DNA of 64,000 nt from assembly GCA_963779755.1 (NCBI GenBank), contig CAVZZO010000001.1, positions 576,001-640,000 of the forward strand. The letters are read 5' to 3'. Origin of the DNA: an uncultured Gemmatimonadales bacterium (GTDB taxonomy: Bacteria > Gemmatimonadota > Gemmatimonadetes > Gemmatimonadales > GWC2-71-9). Positions 1 to 8,948 of this stretch are shown piece by piece (positions within the stretch are counted from its first letter, which is position 1; each line of letters begins with the position of its first letter). Position numbers and translations under genes: made by a program. The notes under the pieces were generated by a model. It was not told the origin of the DNA. It made no database searches and saw only the letters and a program-made list of their open reading frames with translations.

Positions 1-110
1 GGCTAACTCGGCGCGCCTGCGCGGGAGGAGACCCCAAGATGGGCACCGCGCGCCGACACCCGCTGCGGGAGACTCCGGCGTCGTCCGGCACCATACGTAG
101 CTTCCGACCG

Positions 111-157
111 GCAACCAGCAACACTAAGCAACCAGCAACTCAGTCCTCAGTTCTCAG
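111..157. repeat. Heptamer tandem repeats (GCAACCA-type then CAGTCCT-type) at the RND gene 3' end
   Basis: gcaacca gcaacac .. gcaacca gcaact cagtcct cagttct cag; overlaps the RND stop codon. Confidence 0.6.
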
Positions 158-3100
158 CCCTTTTCTCCCCCCACCGTCCTCTCCCCACCCACCATTTCCA
201 CTCCGACCGGCAGCAGGACCAGGGTGACCAGGGTGGACAGGCTCAGGCCCCCAATCACGGCGATGGCCAGCGGCTTCTGCAGTTCGCTGCCGGCGCCCAG
301 GCCGAAGGCGAGCGGCAGCAGGCCGGCGATGGTGCAGAGGGTGGTCATGAGGATCGGGCGGAGCCGGACGCGCCCCGCCTCGACCAGCGCCTCGCGCCGG
401 TCCATGCCTTCGGCCTCCCGGCGGGCGGCGGCGTCCAACAGGATAATGCCGTTCTTTACCACCAGGCCCACCAGCAGGATCAGCCCCATGAAACTGGAGA
501 CGTTGAACGGCACGCCGGTGATGGCGAGCCCGAGGAAGGCGCCGGTGAGGCCCAGGATGGCGGCGAGCATGATGAGAATCGGACCCCGGAAGTTGCCGAA
601 CTGGACCACCAGCACCAGCATCACCGCGCCCACCGCCAGCGCGAACACCATGAGCAACTGGTGGAAGGCCGCCCGCTTGCTGGCATCCTGGCCGCCGTAC
701 TCGAGCGTGACGCCGGGCGGCAGGGAGAGCTTGTCCACCGCCGAGCGGATGTGCCGCATGACGCTGCCCAGGTCGGCGCCCTCGACGCCGCCGGTGACGT
801 CGACCATGTCGCGCAGGTTTTCCCGCAGCAGCTCGGCAGGCTCGGTAGTATCGCGCACCGTGCCGAGGTCGCCCAGCAGGGCCCAGCCGCCGGGGCCGCT
901 GATGGGAATGCGAGCCAGGACGTTGCGGTTGAATCGCACGCTGTCGGGCAGGCGGGCGCGGACCGGCACCAGCCGGTCGGGTTCCTGGACCGAGCCCGCT
1001 TCATCGCCGAAGAGCGAGGCGCGCGCCTGGTCGCCCACCTGCTCGACGCTGAGCCCAAGGCGTGCCACCCGGGTGGGGTCGGGTTCCACCCGGATCTGGG
1101 GCAGATCGCCGCGCACGCCGTTGAAGAGATCCACCAGGCCGGGAGTATCCTGGATGGCGCGGGCCACCTGTTTCGCGGCCTGTTCCCGCGGCGCGCGCTC
1201 CGGGCTGAAGAGCTTCACCTCGACCGGCGCGGGTGCGCCGGCCAGATCGTTGATCACGTCCTGGAGAATCTGGACGAATTCGACCCGCACCACCGGCGCC
1301 TGGCGCGCCGCCTGGGCCCGTACCCGGTCCATCACGTCGTATACCGACGCGTCCCGTTGCGAGCGCGGTTTCAGCAGCACCGCGAAGTCCCCGCTGTTCT
1401 GCGCGGTGGCGAAGAGGCCCAGTTCGGCCCCGGTGCGGCGGGAGAAGGCCTGGATATCCGGGTCCTGCTTCAGGATCTGTTCGATCACATGCAGCTGCCG
1501 GTCGGTCTCCTCCAGGGAGGTTCCGGTGGGGGTCTCGTAGTCGAGAATGAACCCGCCTTCGTCCATGGCCGGCAGGAAGCCGCTGCCGATGACCCGGGTG
1601 AGTGCGTAGGCTCCCACCAATAGCGCGGCGGCGAGGCCCACACCCAGGATGCGGCGGGGGAAGAGCCGCCGCATGAAGGCGGCATAGCGATCCTGCAGCG
1701 GCTCCAACTTGAGCCGGGGAATGCCCCGCCCGGGCTTGCCGCCGGCCCGCTCCACCCAGTGCCCCAGCAGCGCGGGGATGAGCGTCAGGGCCAGGAAGAG
1801 CGAGATCGCGACCGAGAAGGTGAGGGCGATGGCAAAGGCCCGGAAGAAATCGCCCACTACGCCCTCCAGCAGCCCCAGGGGTGTAAAGACCACCACGGTG
1901 GTGATGGTCGAGCCCACCACCGGCGCCATGATCTCCTCCACCGCCTCCCGGATGACGAGCGCGCGCGGTTCTCCGGCACGCCGGGAGAGCTGGCGCTCGA
2001 TGTTCTCCACCACCACGACCGCGTCGTCGATCACCAGCCCGATGGCGACCGCCAGGCCGCCCAGCGACATGAGGTTGAGGCTCTGGCCCGCGAGCTGCAT
2101 TCCCAGGAAGGTGATCACCAGCGCCAGCGGGATGGCGAGGCCGGCGGCCACCGTCACCCGGAACCGGCCCAGAAAGACCAGCAGCACCGCGACGGCGAGC
2201 AGACCGCCGATCAGCATGGCGTCGCGCACGCTGGCCAGCGACTCCCGCACCAGCTCGCCCTGGTCGTACACCACCTGCAGCTTCATGCCGCGGGGCAGCA
2301 CCGGCTGGAGCGAATCCACCACCGCGCGCACCGACTTCTGGACCACCAGCGTGTTGCCGTTGGGCTGCCGGGCCACATTGATGAGCGCGGCGGGCTCGCC
2401 GTTGCCGGCGGTGATGAGAAACCGGTCTTCCGGCCCGTACTTTACCGTGCCCAGGTCGGACACCCGGATCATGCGGTCGCCCGCCCGGGTGACGACGATG
2501 TTGCCGATTGCCTCGGGCGTGCGCGCCAGCCCCGACACCACGATGCCGAACTGGCGGTACTGCAGGTTGAGCCGGCCGGCGCTCACCAGCGCGTTACTGG
2601 CCTTGATGGCATCCGCCACCTGGGGCACCGACAGGTGGCTGCTCACGATCCGCTCGGGATCGAGAATCACCGACACCTCGCGTACCAGCCCGCCCTGCAC
2701 CTCCACCCCGCCGACATCGGGCAGCCCCGACAGCCGGGGCCGGATGGTGTACTGGGCGTAGTCGCGCAGCACCATCGGGTCGGCGCCGGTCAACTCGTAC
2801 TGCACGATGGGAAACGTCGAAGGCGTGAGCCGGTCGGCGGTGAGCGTGATACCCGGCGGCAGCTCGGGCTGGAGGCTCGCCACCCGGCCCTGGACCTGCT
2901 GCAGGGCGTACTGCATGTCGGCGCCGGGCCGGAAGTACAGGCTCAGTTCGGCTCCGCCGCGGATGGTCTTGGAGCGGATCCGCCGCAGGTCGATCACACC
3001 GCTCATGGCCTCTTCCAGCGGCCGGGTGACCGCCACGGTCATGCTGGCGGCATCGAAAGTGCCCCCTTCGGCGATCACCACAATTCGGGGGAAGGCGACT

Positions 3101-3216
3101 TCGGGATAAATGCCGGCGGGCAGCGTGAACAGCGCCCAGAGGCCGCCCAGCAGGAGCAGCAGGGTGAGCAGGTAGACGGCGGCGCGCTGCCGCTGGGCCA
3201 GGGCGGGTATGCTCAC
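154..3216 (-). CDS. RND efflux transporter permease subunit (AcrB/CusA-like)
   Basis: 1020 aa; SLGGLAVAIGLVIDDAVVVVENI, GLVVKNGIILLD and RLRPILMT motifs. Confidence 0.95.
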   Translation of the reverse strand: MSIPALAQRQRAAVYLLTLLLLLGGLWALFTLPAGIYPEVAFPRIVVIAEGGTFDAASMTVAVTRPLEEAMSGVIDLRRIRSKTIRGGAELSLYFRPGADMQYALQQVQGRVASLQPELPPGITLTADRLTPSTFPIVQYELTGADPMVLRDYAQYTIRPRLSGLPDVGGVEVQGGLVREVSVILDPERIVSSHLSVPQVADAIKASNALVSAGRLNLQYRQFGIVVSGLARTPEAIGNIVVTRAGDRMIRVSDLGTVKYGPEDRFLITAGNGEPAALINVARQPNGNTLVVQKSVRAVVDSLQPVLPRGMKLQVVYDQGELVRESLASVRDAMLIGGLLAVAVLLVFLGRFRVTVAAGLAIPLALVITFLGMQLAGQSLNLMSLGGLAVAIGLVIDDAVVVVENIERQLSRRAGEPRALVIREAVEEIMAPVVGSTITTVVVFTPLGLLEGVVGDFFRAFAIALTFSVAISLFLALTLIPALLGHWVERAGGKPGRGIPRLKLEPLQDRYAAFMRRLFPRRILGVGLAAALLVGAYALTRVIGSGFLPAMDEGGFILDYETPTGTSLEETDRQLHVIEQILKQDPDIQAFSRRTGAELGLFATAQNSGDFAVLLKPRSQRDASVYDVMDRVRAQAARQAPVVRVEFVQILQDVINDLAGAPAPVEVKLFSPERAPREQAAKQVARAIQDTPGLVDLFNGVRGDLPQIRVEPDPTRVARLGLSVEQVGDQARASLFGDEAGSVQEPDRLVPVRARLPDSVRFNRNVLARIPISGPGGWALLGDLGTVRDTTEPAELLRENLRDMVDVTGGVEGADLGSVMRHIRSAVDKLSLPPGVTLEYGGQDASKRAAFHQLLMVFALAVGAVMLVLVVQFGNFRGPILIMLAAILGLTGAFLGLAITGVPFNVSSFMGLILLVGLVVKNGIILLDAAARREAEGMDRREALVEAGRVRLRPILMTTLCTIAGLLPLAFGLGAGSELQKPLAIAVIGGLSLSTLVTLVLLPVGVEMVGGERTVGGEKG

Positions 3217-4253
3217 GGCGTGCCGCCCGCGGGGCGGACGCGCATGCTGTCGCGCAGGCCATAGGCCCCGGTGGTCACCACCGTCTGTCCCGCCTGGAGC
3301 CCTTCGGTCACTTCGGTGCGGCCGCCCTGATGAATGCCGGTTTGCACCCGTTGCTGGTGCGCGATGGAATCGGGCCCCACGGTGAAGATCGCCAGTGAAT
3401 CGCCCTGGACCACAATGGCCGAATCGGGCACCACCAGCGCTCCGGTGTGGCGGCCGATGGTGATCACCGCGGTGGCGCCGGCGCCGGGCCGGAGCGGGCC
3501 GCCGCGGTTGGGGATCCGCACCACCACATTGCCCGAGTTGGTCAGCGAGTCCACGGCCGGCGCCAGCGCGGCCACGCGGGCCGGGACCGCCTCGTTCACG
3601 CCTTCGCTGGTAACCAGCGCGGAGTCGCCCCGGTGCAGCCCGGCCAGGTCGCGGGCAGGCACCGGCGCGACCAGGTCCAGCGTGTCGGCGTTCACGATCT
3701 GGGCGATCGTGGCCCCTGCCTCCACGCGTTCACCCCGCTGTACCGGCACGCTCTGCACCACCCCGCGCAGGGGGCTGGCCACCCGCAGCCGTGACAGCGC
3801 CGCCTGAGCGGCATTGGCCTGCGCCCGCGCCGATACGGCCGCGGCATGCGCCTCCTGCGCCTTCTTCTGGGAAGTGATGCCCTTGTCGAGCAGTTCCTGC
3901 TGCCGGGAGGCGTCGCGCTCCGCCACCTCGGCCGCCGCGGACTGTTGGCGCGCGGAGGCGGCCAGATCGGGCGCCTCGAGCTGCACCAGCAGCTGCCCCT
4001 GCCGCACCGGCTCGCCCACCTGCACCTGCACCGACTTCACAAAAGACGGCGCGGGCGCGGTCAATATCGCCGACCCGCCGGGCCGGGGCTGCAGCCGTCC
4101 GGTGAGCTGCACCTGCTCGGCGATGGTATCGGGCTGCACGGTATAGGTCTGTACCGGTACCAGCGTTTCACCCCTAGGAACCTCCGAATCGCCTTCTCCG
4201 CCGCCGCCGCAGGCGAGCGCCCCCAGCAGCAGGCCCAGCGCCAGTCGTCTCAT
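3213..4253 (-). CDS. RND periplasmic adaptor (membrane fusion) lipoprotein
   Basis: Start re-picked at MRRLALGLLLGALAC (lipobox); lipoyl-like VQVGEPVRQGQLL; C-terminal EVTEGLQAGQTVV; overlaps neighbours by 4 nt. Confidence 0.9.
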   Translation of the reverse strand: MRRLALGLLLGALACGGGGEGDSEVPRGETLVPVQTYTVQPDTIAEQVQLTGRLQPRPGGSAILTAPAPSFVKSVQVQVGEPVRQGQLLVQLEAPDLAASARQQSAAAEVAERDASRQQELLDKGITSQKKAQEAHAAAVSARAQANAAQAALSRLRVASPLRGVVQSVPVQRGERVEAGATIAQIVNADTLDLVAPVPARDLAGLHRGDSALVTSEGVNEAVPARVAALAPAVDSLTNSGNVVVRIPNRGGPLRPGAGATAVITIGRHTGALVVPDSAIVVQGDSLAIFTVGPDSIAHQQRVQTGIHQGGRTEVTEGLQAGQTVVTTGAYGLRDSMRVRPAGGTP

Positions 4254-5440
4254 TGGGTGGGTCCGGTGAGGGTGGTCCATGCGGCGAGCGCCTCCTGGAA
4301 TGCGATGAAGTTGTCCACCGCGTCCTGCGCCACCTGGCGTTCGGAACGGATGGCGTCCAGCACCTGCGGCAGGTCGCTCTCGCCCAGGCGGTAGGCCTCC
4401 ACTGCCTGGGCGAGCAGACGCTGCGCGGCGGGCAGCAACGTGTCGCGCACCATGCGGGCCCGCCGTGCCGTTTCCAGCAGCCGGATCCGGAACTCCGCCA
4501 TCCGGCGCTCGGTTTCGAGCCGGGTCTCGGTCGCCCGTGCCGCATCGGCCAGCGCGCGGCCGCGGGCCTGGGCGGCGGCGCCGCCCCCGTGGTTCCAGAG
4601 GGGAATCGGGATGGTCACGCCGATCACTCCCAGCGTCCCGGCGCCCGGATTGGTGGGATCCTTCCAGTCGGCGCCGGCCTCGATTTCCGGGATGGGAATC
4701 TGGGCGATGCGCGCGCTGCGCCACAGGCTGGCCGACGCGGCGGAATCGGCCGCGGCCATCCGGACCGCCGGGATGTCTTCCAGCGCCGGGAGCGCGGTAT
4801 CGGGCAGCACGTCCAGCCCGGCGGCCAGCGAGCCGGCAGGAATCGGCGGCGCCGCCCCCGGCCAGCCGGTGAGCCGGGCCAGCAGGGCTTCGGCGATCTG
4901 AGCCTGCTGCAGGGCCGTCGAGTGGGCCTGGTGTGCCCGGGCGGCCTCCAGCGCCACCTGGTCGCGGTCGAACTGTGAAATGTCGCCCGCGTCCAGCCGC
5001 GCGTCGGCGATGCGGGTCAGCGAGTCCGCGGCCGCCGATGCTTCGCCGGCGTACGCCAGCGCCTGGCGTGCGCCCAGGGCGCCGTAGAAGGCGGCGCGGA
5101 CCTCGTTCTCCAACTCCGCCATGATCCGCAGGGAATCGGCCCGGGCGCGGTCGAGCCCGGCGGCGCCGGCGGCGCGCTCCGCCCCGCGCCGCAGCAACCA
5201 GTCGAGCGACTGGCTGACCAGGATGTGGCGCTGGGGCGGATCTTCGGTGAGGCTGGCCGCCAGCGCGGGGTTGGGGATGGTCCCGGCCACGCGATAGGCG
5301 CCCCGCGCTTCGGCCACGAGGGCGGCGGCTTCCTGCGGGCTGGCCCGGTGGGTGCGGGCCCGCTCCAGCGCGGCCTCCAGGGTGAGCGAGTCCGGGCCCT
5401 GCGCCTGAACCGCCAGGAATGCGAGGGCGAGGGCAATCAT
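4250..5440 (-). CDS. TolC-family outer membrane efflux protein
   Basis: Signal peptide MIALALAFLAVQA; LTLEAALERA; IPIPLWN; AYRLGESD; operon with adaptor and RND. Confidence 0.9.
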   Translation of the reverse strand: MIALALAFLAVQAQGPDSLTLEAALERARTHRASPQEAAALVAEARGAYRVAGTIPNPALAASLTEDPPQRHILVSQSLDWLLRRGAERAAGAAGLDRARADSLRIMAELENEVRAAFYGALGARQALAYAGEASAAADSLTRIADARLDAGDISQFDRDQVALEAARAHQAHSTALQQAQIAEALLARLTGWPGAAPPIPAGSLAAGLDVLPDTALPALEDIPAVRMAAADSAASASLWRSARIAQIPIPEIEAGADWKDPTNPGAGTLGVIGVTIPIPLWNHGGGAAAQARGRALADAARATETRLETERRMAEFRIRLLETARRARMVRDTLLPAAQRLLAQAVEAYRLGESDLPQVLDAIRSERQVAQDAVDNFIAFQEALAAWTTLTGPTQ

Positions 5441-5490
5441 GGGGCCGTGCGGGAGTTCGGTCCGGGTGCGGGCGCCTGAGGACAGTCCAT
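5437..5490 (-). CDS. Putative 17-aa leader ORF (MDCPQAPAPGPNSRTAP)
   Basis: AGGAG 5 nt before ATG; its TGA overlaps the TolC ATG (ATGA). Confidence 0.4.
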   Translation of the reverse strand: MDCPQAPAPGPNSRTAP

Positions 5491-5577
5491 GGTGGCTCCT
5501 GGTAGAGGTCTCGGTGGCACCGGCACGCTCGCCCGGGAGCCGCCGAGTTGCCGTGCGGCGGCGCACACCCGGGGGGC

Positions 5578-5614
5578 GGAACCTAGCCGCGGCTGCATGA
5601 CAGGGACCTGACGG
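5578..5614 (-). promoter_or_regulatory. OmpR-family direct-repeat box and -10 element of the efflux operon
   Basis: Minus strand CCGTCA-N7-GTCAT-N11-TAGGTT; same architecture upstream of the response regulator. Confidence 0.7.
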
Positions 5615-5686
5615 AGCCTCTTTCAGAACCGGGATGGTACAGCCGGCCCTGGGGTAGCTACGGACTGCGGCGGCGCCGTTCCGGCC

Positions 5687-7081
5687 TCAGGTGGCGAGCG
5701 CGGTGGGCTCGGGCTCGGCCGACATGTCGCGGGGGAGCACCAGCGCGAACCGGCTGGTGCGGCCCTGGTGATCGTATTCCAGCCGGCCGGCATGCGCCTG
5801 CGCGATCCAGCGGACGATGGACAGCCCCAGACCCCGCTCGTCGCCGTCCTCCCCGGCCTGGTGGCCGGTCAGCCGCTCGGGCTCCAGCGGCTCGCCTCGG
5901 CTGGTGACTTCGATGCGGACCGTTTCCTCCACGGCGTATCCATCCACCATGATGGCGGTTCCCTGGTCGGCGTGGCGGCAGGCGTTCTCGATCAGCTCCA
6001 GCAGGCTTTCCCGCAGCAGCATCTCGTTGCCGGTCAGCTCCGCCGGTTCCACCCGGCCGAACTGGAGCGGGTGGCTGGTGGCCCGCGCTCTCCCCCGCAT
6101 CAGGTCCACACATTCGAGCAGCAGGCCATCCACCTCCACCCGGTCCTCCAGCGGCGGCACTTCGCCGGCATCGGCCTGTGCCAGAAGAAAGAGGTCGCTC
6201 ACCCGCTGCGACATGTGGCCGGCCGCGATGCGGATCCGGTCGAGAATCTGGCGGTATTCCTCGGGTGCGCGGGGCCGGTCCAGCCCGAATTCGCTCTCGC
6301 CGCGGACCAGGGTGAGCGGCGTGCGGAGCTGGTGCGCCGCCCGGGCCAGAAAGGTCCGGTTGACCCGGCGCGCCTCTCCCAGGCGATCGAGCAGGCCGTT
6401 AAAGCGTGCCGCGAGATCGTCCAGCTCATCCGGCGGCTGCCGGACCGCCAGGCGCCGCTCCAGCCGTCCCGGAGCCATCTCCGCCATGGTGCGCGCCATC
6501 CGCCGGATGGGGCGCAGCGCGATCCGCGCCAGGACATAGCCGGCGCCCAGGCCCAGCAGGAGGACCAGCGGGGCAGTACCTATCAGCCAGCCGAAGAGCG
6601 ATTCGCGATCCTCCCGCAGGCCGGCCGTCGATTGCAGCGCGGCGACCAGCAGGGGTGGATCGGTCGTCAGCGAGGTGACGGCGGCGCGTCCGTTGCCCTC
6701 GTCGTCGAGCGGGAACTTTTCAACGGCGGGGCCGGCTCTCAGGGCGTCGACGCGGCGCGCGGCGGCAATCAGCCCCGAGTCGCCCAGGGCGCCCAGGCTG
6801 TCGCCGTCGGGCGTGAGTACCAGCAGGCTCGCGGATCCGGGAGGCCACTCATCCAGCGCATCGGCCACGGCCTCGCGCAGCGGCCGGCCCGGCGGGTCCT
6901 GCCGCTCCCGCTGGATGGCCTGGGCCAGGCCGGCGGCGGCGGTTTCCAGGCCGGCGGTGAGCCGCAGGTCGGCCTGCTGAGTGACATGCCGGAAGAGCGC
7001 GTAGTCGAGCAGCGCCAGGCCCAGGAGAAAGGCGCAGCCGAACAGCGCGGCCAGGCGGAGGCGGAGCCGGCTAAGGGGCAT
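5687..7081 (-). CDS. Sensor histidine kinase (HAMP-HisKA-HATPase)
   Basis: Two TM segments, HAMP (DELDDLA), AHQLRTPLT H-box, LIENACRH N-box, GLGLSIV. Confidence 0.93.
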   Translation of the reverse strand: MPLSRLRLRLAALFGCAFLLGLALLDYALFRHVTQQADLRLTAGLETAAAGLAQAIQRERQDPPGRPLREAVADALDEWPPGSASLLVLTPDGDSLGALGDSGLIAAARRVDALRAGPAVEKFPLDDEGNGRAAVTSLTTDPPLLVAALQSTAGLREDRESLFGWLIGTAPLVLLLGLGAGYVLARIALRPIRRMARTMAEMAPGRLERRLAVRQPPDELDDLAARFNGLLDRLGEARRVNRTFLARAAHQLRTPLTLVRGESEFGLDRPRAPEEYRQILDRIRIAAGHMSQRVSDLFLLAQADAGEVPPLEDRVEVDGLLLECVDLMRGRARATSHPLQFGRVEPAELTGNEMLLRESLLELIENACRHADQGTAIMVDGYAVEETVRIEVTSRGEPLEPERLTGHQAGEDGDERGLGLSIVRWIAQAHAGRLEYDHQGRTSRFALVLPRDMSAEPEPTALAT

Positions 7082-7760
7082 GCGCCGGATCGTGCCCGGA
7101 AAGGACGTAGCCCATGCCTCGCACGGTGTGGAGCAGCGGCGTGTCGCCGGCGGCGTCCACCTTCCGGCGCACCCGGCCGACCAGCACGTCTACCGCGTTG
7201 CCGATGGGATCGAAGTTGTCGTCCCACACGTGGTCCAGAATCTGGGAGCGGGAGACGACCGTCCCGGTATTGCGCAGGAGATATTCCAGCAGGGCGTACT
7301 CGCGGGCGGTAAGACGGATGATCTCCCGGCCGCGCCTGGCGATGCGGGTGCGGGTGTCCAGCTCCAGGTCGGCGCAGCGGAGCGTGACCGGCAACGGCAC
7401 CGAGGGACGGCGCGCCAGGGCGCGCAGGCGGGCCAGCAGCTCCTCCATGGCGAAGGGCTTGGGCAGGTAGTCGTCGGCGCCCGCGTCGAGGCCGGTCACC
7501 CGGTCGGTGAGGGCGGAGCGGGCGGTGAGCATCAGCACCGGTGTCCGGCCTCCGCGCCGGCGCCAGCGGCGGCAGACCTCGAATCCGTCGATGTCCGGCA
7601 GACCCACGTCCAGCACCGCCAGGTCGTAGTCGTTGACCGCCAGCGACGCCAGCGCTTCGCCGCCGGTCTCGGCCAGATCCACGGCCCAGCTCGCCTCGCG
7701 CAGCACCCGCTGCAGCAGATCGGCCACGTCGGGCTCGTCTTCGACGACCAGGATTCGCAT
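7071..7760 (-). CDS. OmpR/CusR-family response regulator
   Basis: RILVVEDE, LDVGLP, GADDYLPKPF, winged helix LLHTVRGMGY. Confidence 0.95.
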   Translation of the reverse strand: MRILVVEDEPDVADLLQRVLREASWAVDLAETGGEALASLAVNDYDLAVLDVGLPDIDGFEVCRRWRRRGGRTPVLMLTARSALTDRVTGLDAGADDYLPKPFAMEELLARLRALARRPSVPLPVTLRCADLELDTRTRIARRGREIIRLTAREYALLEYLLRNTGTVVSRSQILDHVWDDNFDPIGNAVDVLVGRVRRKVDAAGDTPLLHTVRGMGYVLSGHDPAHAP

Positions 7761-7764
7761 GGCT

Positions 7765-7801
7765 GGAATCTATCGGGCCCGAGATGACGAGGGGATGACG
7801 G
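7765..7801 (-). promoter_or_regulatory. Autoregulatory OmpR-family box and -10 element (probably leaderless promoter)
   Basis: Minus strand CCGTCA-N7-GTCAT-N11-TAGATT; -10 ends 6 nt before the ATG; no SD. Confidence 0.7.
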
Positions 7802-7915
7802 TCGAGGGGGTCGAGAGGGTCGAGGGGGTCGAGCGGTTTGCCCGATGGCTGCGGCGAAGGAATTACCCGTCTAGGCCGGACCTCGACCCTCTTGGCCCTC
7901 TCGAGCTTCTCGACT
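7801..7915. repeat. 9-mer periodic inverted repeat element (GTCGAG[GA]GG)n ... (CCTCTCGAC)n
   Basis: About 4 units at 7801-7833; degenerate inverted units at 7881-7915. Confidence 0.65.
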
Positions 7916-8407
7916 ATTACTTGCCTCCCGGCGATCCTCCCGGATCAGCAGAATTGCCAGCAGGATCGCCCCGCAGGTGACGGCGCTGTCGGCCACATTG
8001 AAGGTCCAGAACCGCAGGTTGCCGATACCGACGTCGATGAAATCCACCACCCCGCGCGCGGAGCGAATGCGGTCGAGCAGGTTGCCCAGCGCGCCGCCGG
8101 CGATCAGGGCCAGGGCGATGGTCCGGGCCACGGCGCTCCCCGGCGTTCCCCGCACGAACCGCAGGATCACCGTCAGCGCGATCACCGCCAGCAGGCCGAA
8201 GATCCAGCGCGAGTGAATGCCCAGCGACAGGCCCATGGCCGCGCCCTGATTGTAGGCGAGCGTCAGCCGCACCGTGTTGCCCAGCACCTCGTGCGGGATG
8301 TAGGGCGGCGAGAGGTGCTCCACGGCGAGCTGCTTGGTGACGTAGTCGCCCACCAGGACGGTAAGCATGATGGGCCAGAAGAGCAGGTGCTTGCGTCCGC
8401 CGGGCAT
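7871..8407 (-). CDS. lspA: Lipoprotein signal peptidase II
   Basis: DYVTK, NQGAA, GNLLDR, VVDF, FNVAD motifs; start re-picked at MPGGRKH. Confidence 0.95.
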   Translation of the reverse strand: MPGGRKHLLFWPIMLTVLVGDYVTKQLAVEHLSPPYIPHEVLGNTVRLTLAYNQGAAMGLSLGIHSRWIFGLLAVIALTVILRFVRGTPGSAVARTIALALIAGGALGNLLDRIRSARGVVDFIDVGIGNLRFWTFNVADSAVTCGAILLAILLIREDRREASNSREAREGQEGRGPA

Positions 8408-8871
8408 TACGCCTTCTCCCAGTGCTGCAGTTCGATGACGTTGTGTTCGGGATCGCGCATATAGGCGAAGTGAAGCAGCCCGGCTCCCGGGACTTCGTGC
8501 CGCACCGTCCGGCCCAGCCAGGAGCCGCCCGCCTGCACCACCGAGCGGCACGCCGCCTCGACATCGGGCACCGCGAAGGCGATGTGGCCGAAGCCGGTCC
8601 GGTTGGGCAGCCCCGGCTCGCCCGCCAGCTCCGGATCATAGCTGTAGATCTCGAGCGTGGGGCCGCCGGGCCCGTGGCCCGGCAGCCGGAGATGCTGCCC
8701 CCGGAGGCGGATGCCGGGAACCCCGGCGCCCTCCGCCAGCCATTCGCCGGCCAGATCGCGCTCGGGCGGGACCGGAGTACAGCCGAAGACGTCGCAGTAG
8801 AACCGGCTGAGCCGGCGCCAGTCGCGAGCGGCGATATTCACGTGGCCGAAACGGATGGGGTCGGTTGGCAT
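8407..8871 (-). CDS. VOC/glyoxalase family protein
   Basis: GHVNI..FYCDVFG, GFGHIAFAV, YMRDPEHNVIEL. Confidence 0.88.
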   Translation of the reverse strand: MPTDPIRFGHVNIAARDWRRLSRFYCDVFGCTPVPPERDLAGEWLAEGAGVPGIRLRGQHLRLPGHGPGGPTLEIYSYDPELAGEPGLPNRTGFGHIAFAVPDVEAACRSVVQAGGSWLGRTVRHEVPGAGLLHFAYMRDPEHNVIELQHWEKA

Positions 8872-8901
8872 GACGGAAATTACAGGGGAGGGGGGGATGA
8901 T

Positions 8902-8945
8902 GGTACGCGGCAGGGGCGACGCATGCGTCGCCCCTGCCGCGTACC
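8902..8945. repeat. Perfect 44-bp palindrome, REP-like
   Basis: GGTACGCGGCAGGGGCGACGCA|TGCGTCGCCCCTGCCGCGTACC. Confidence 0.85.
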
Positions 8946-8948
8946 GCC

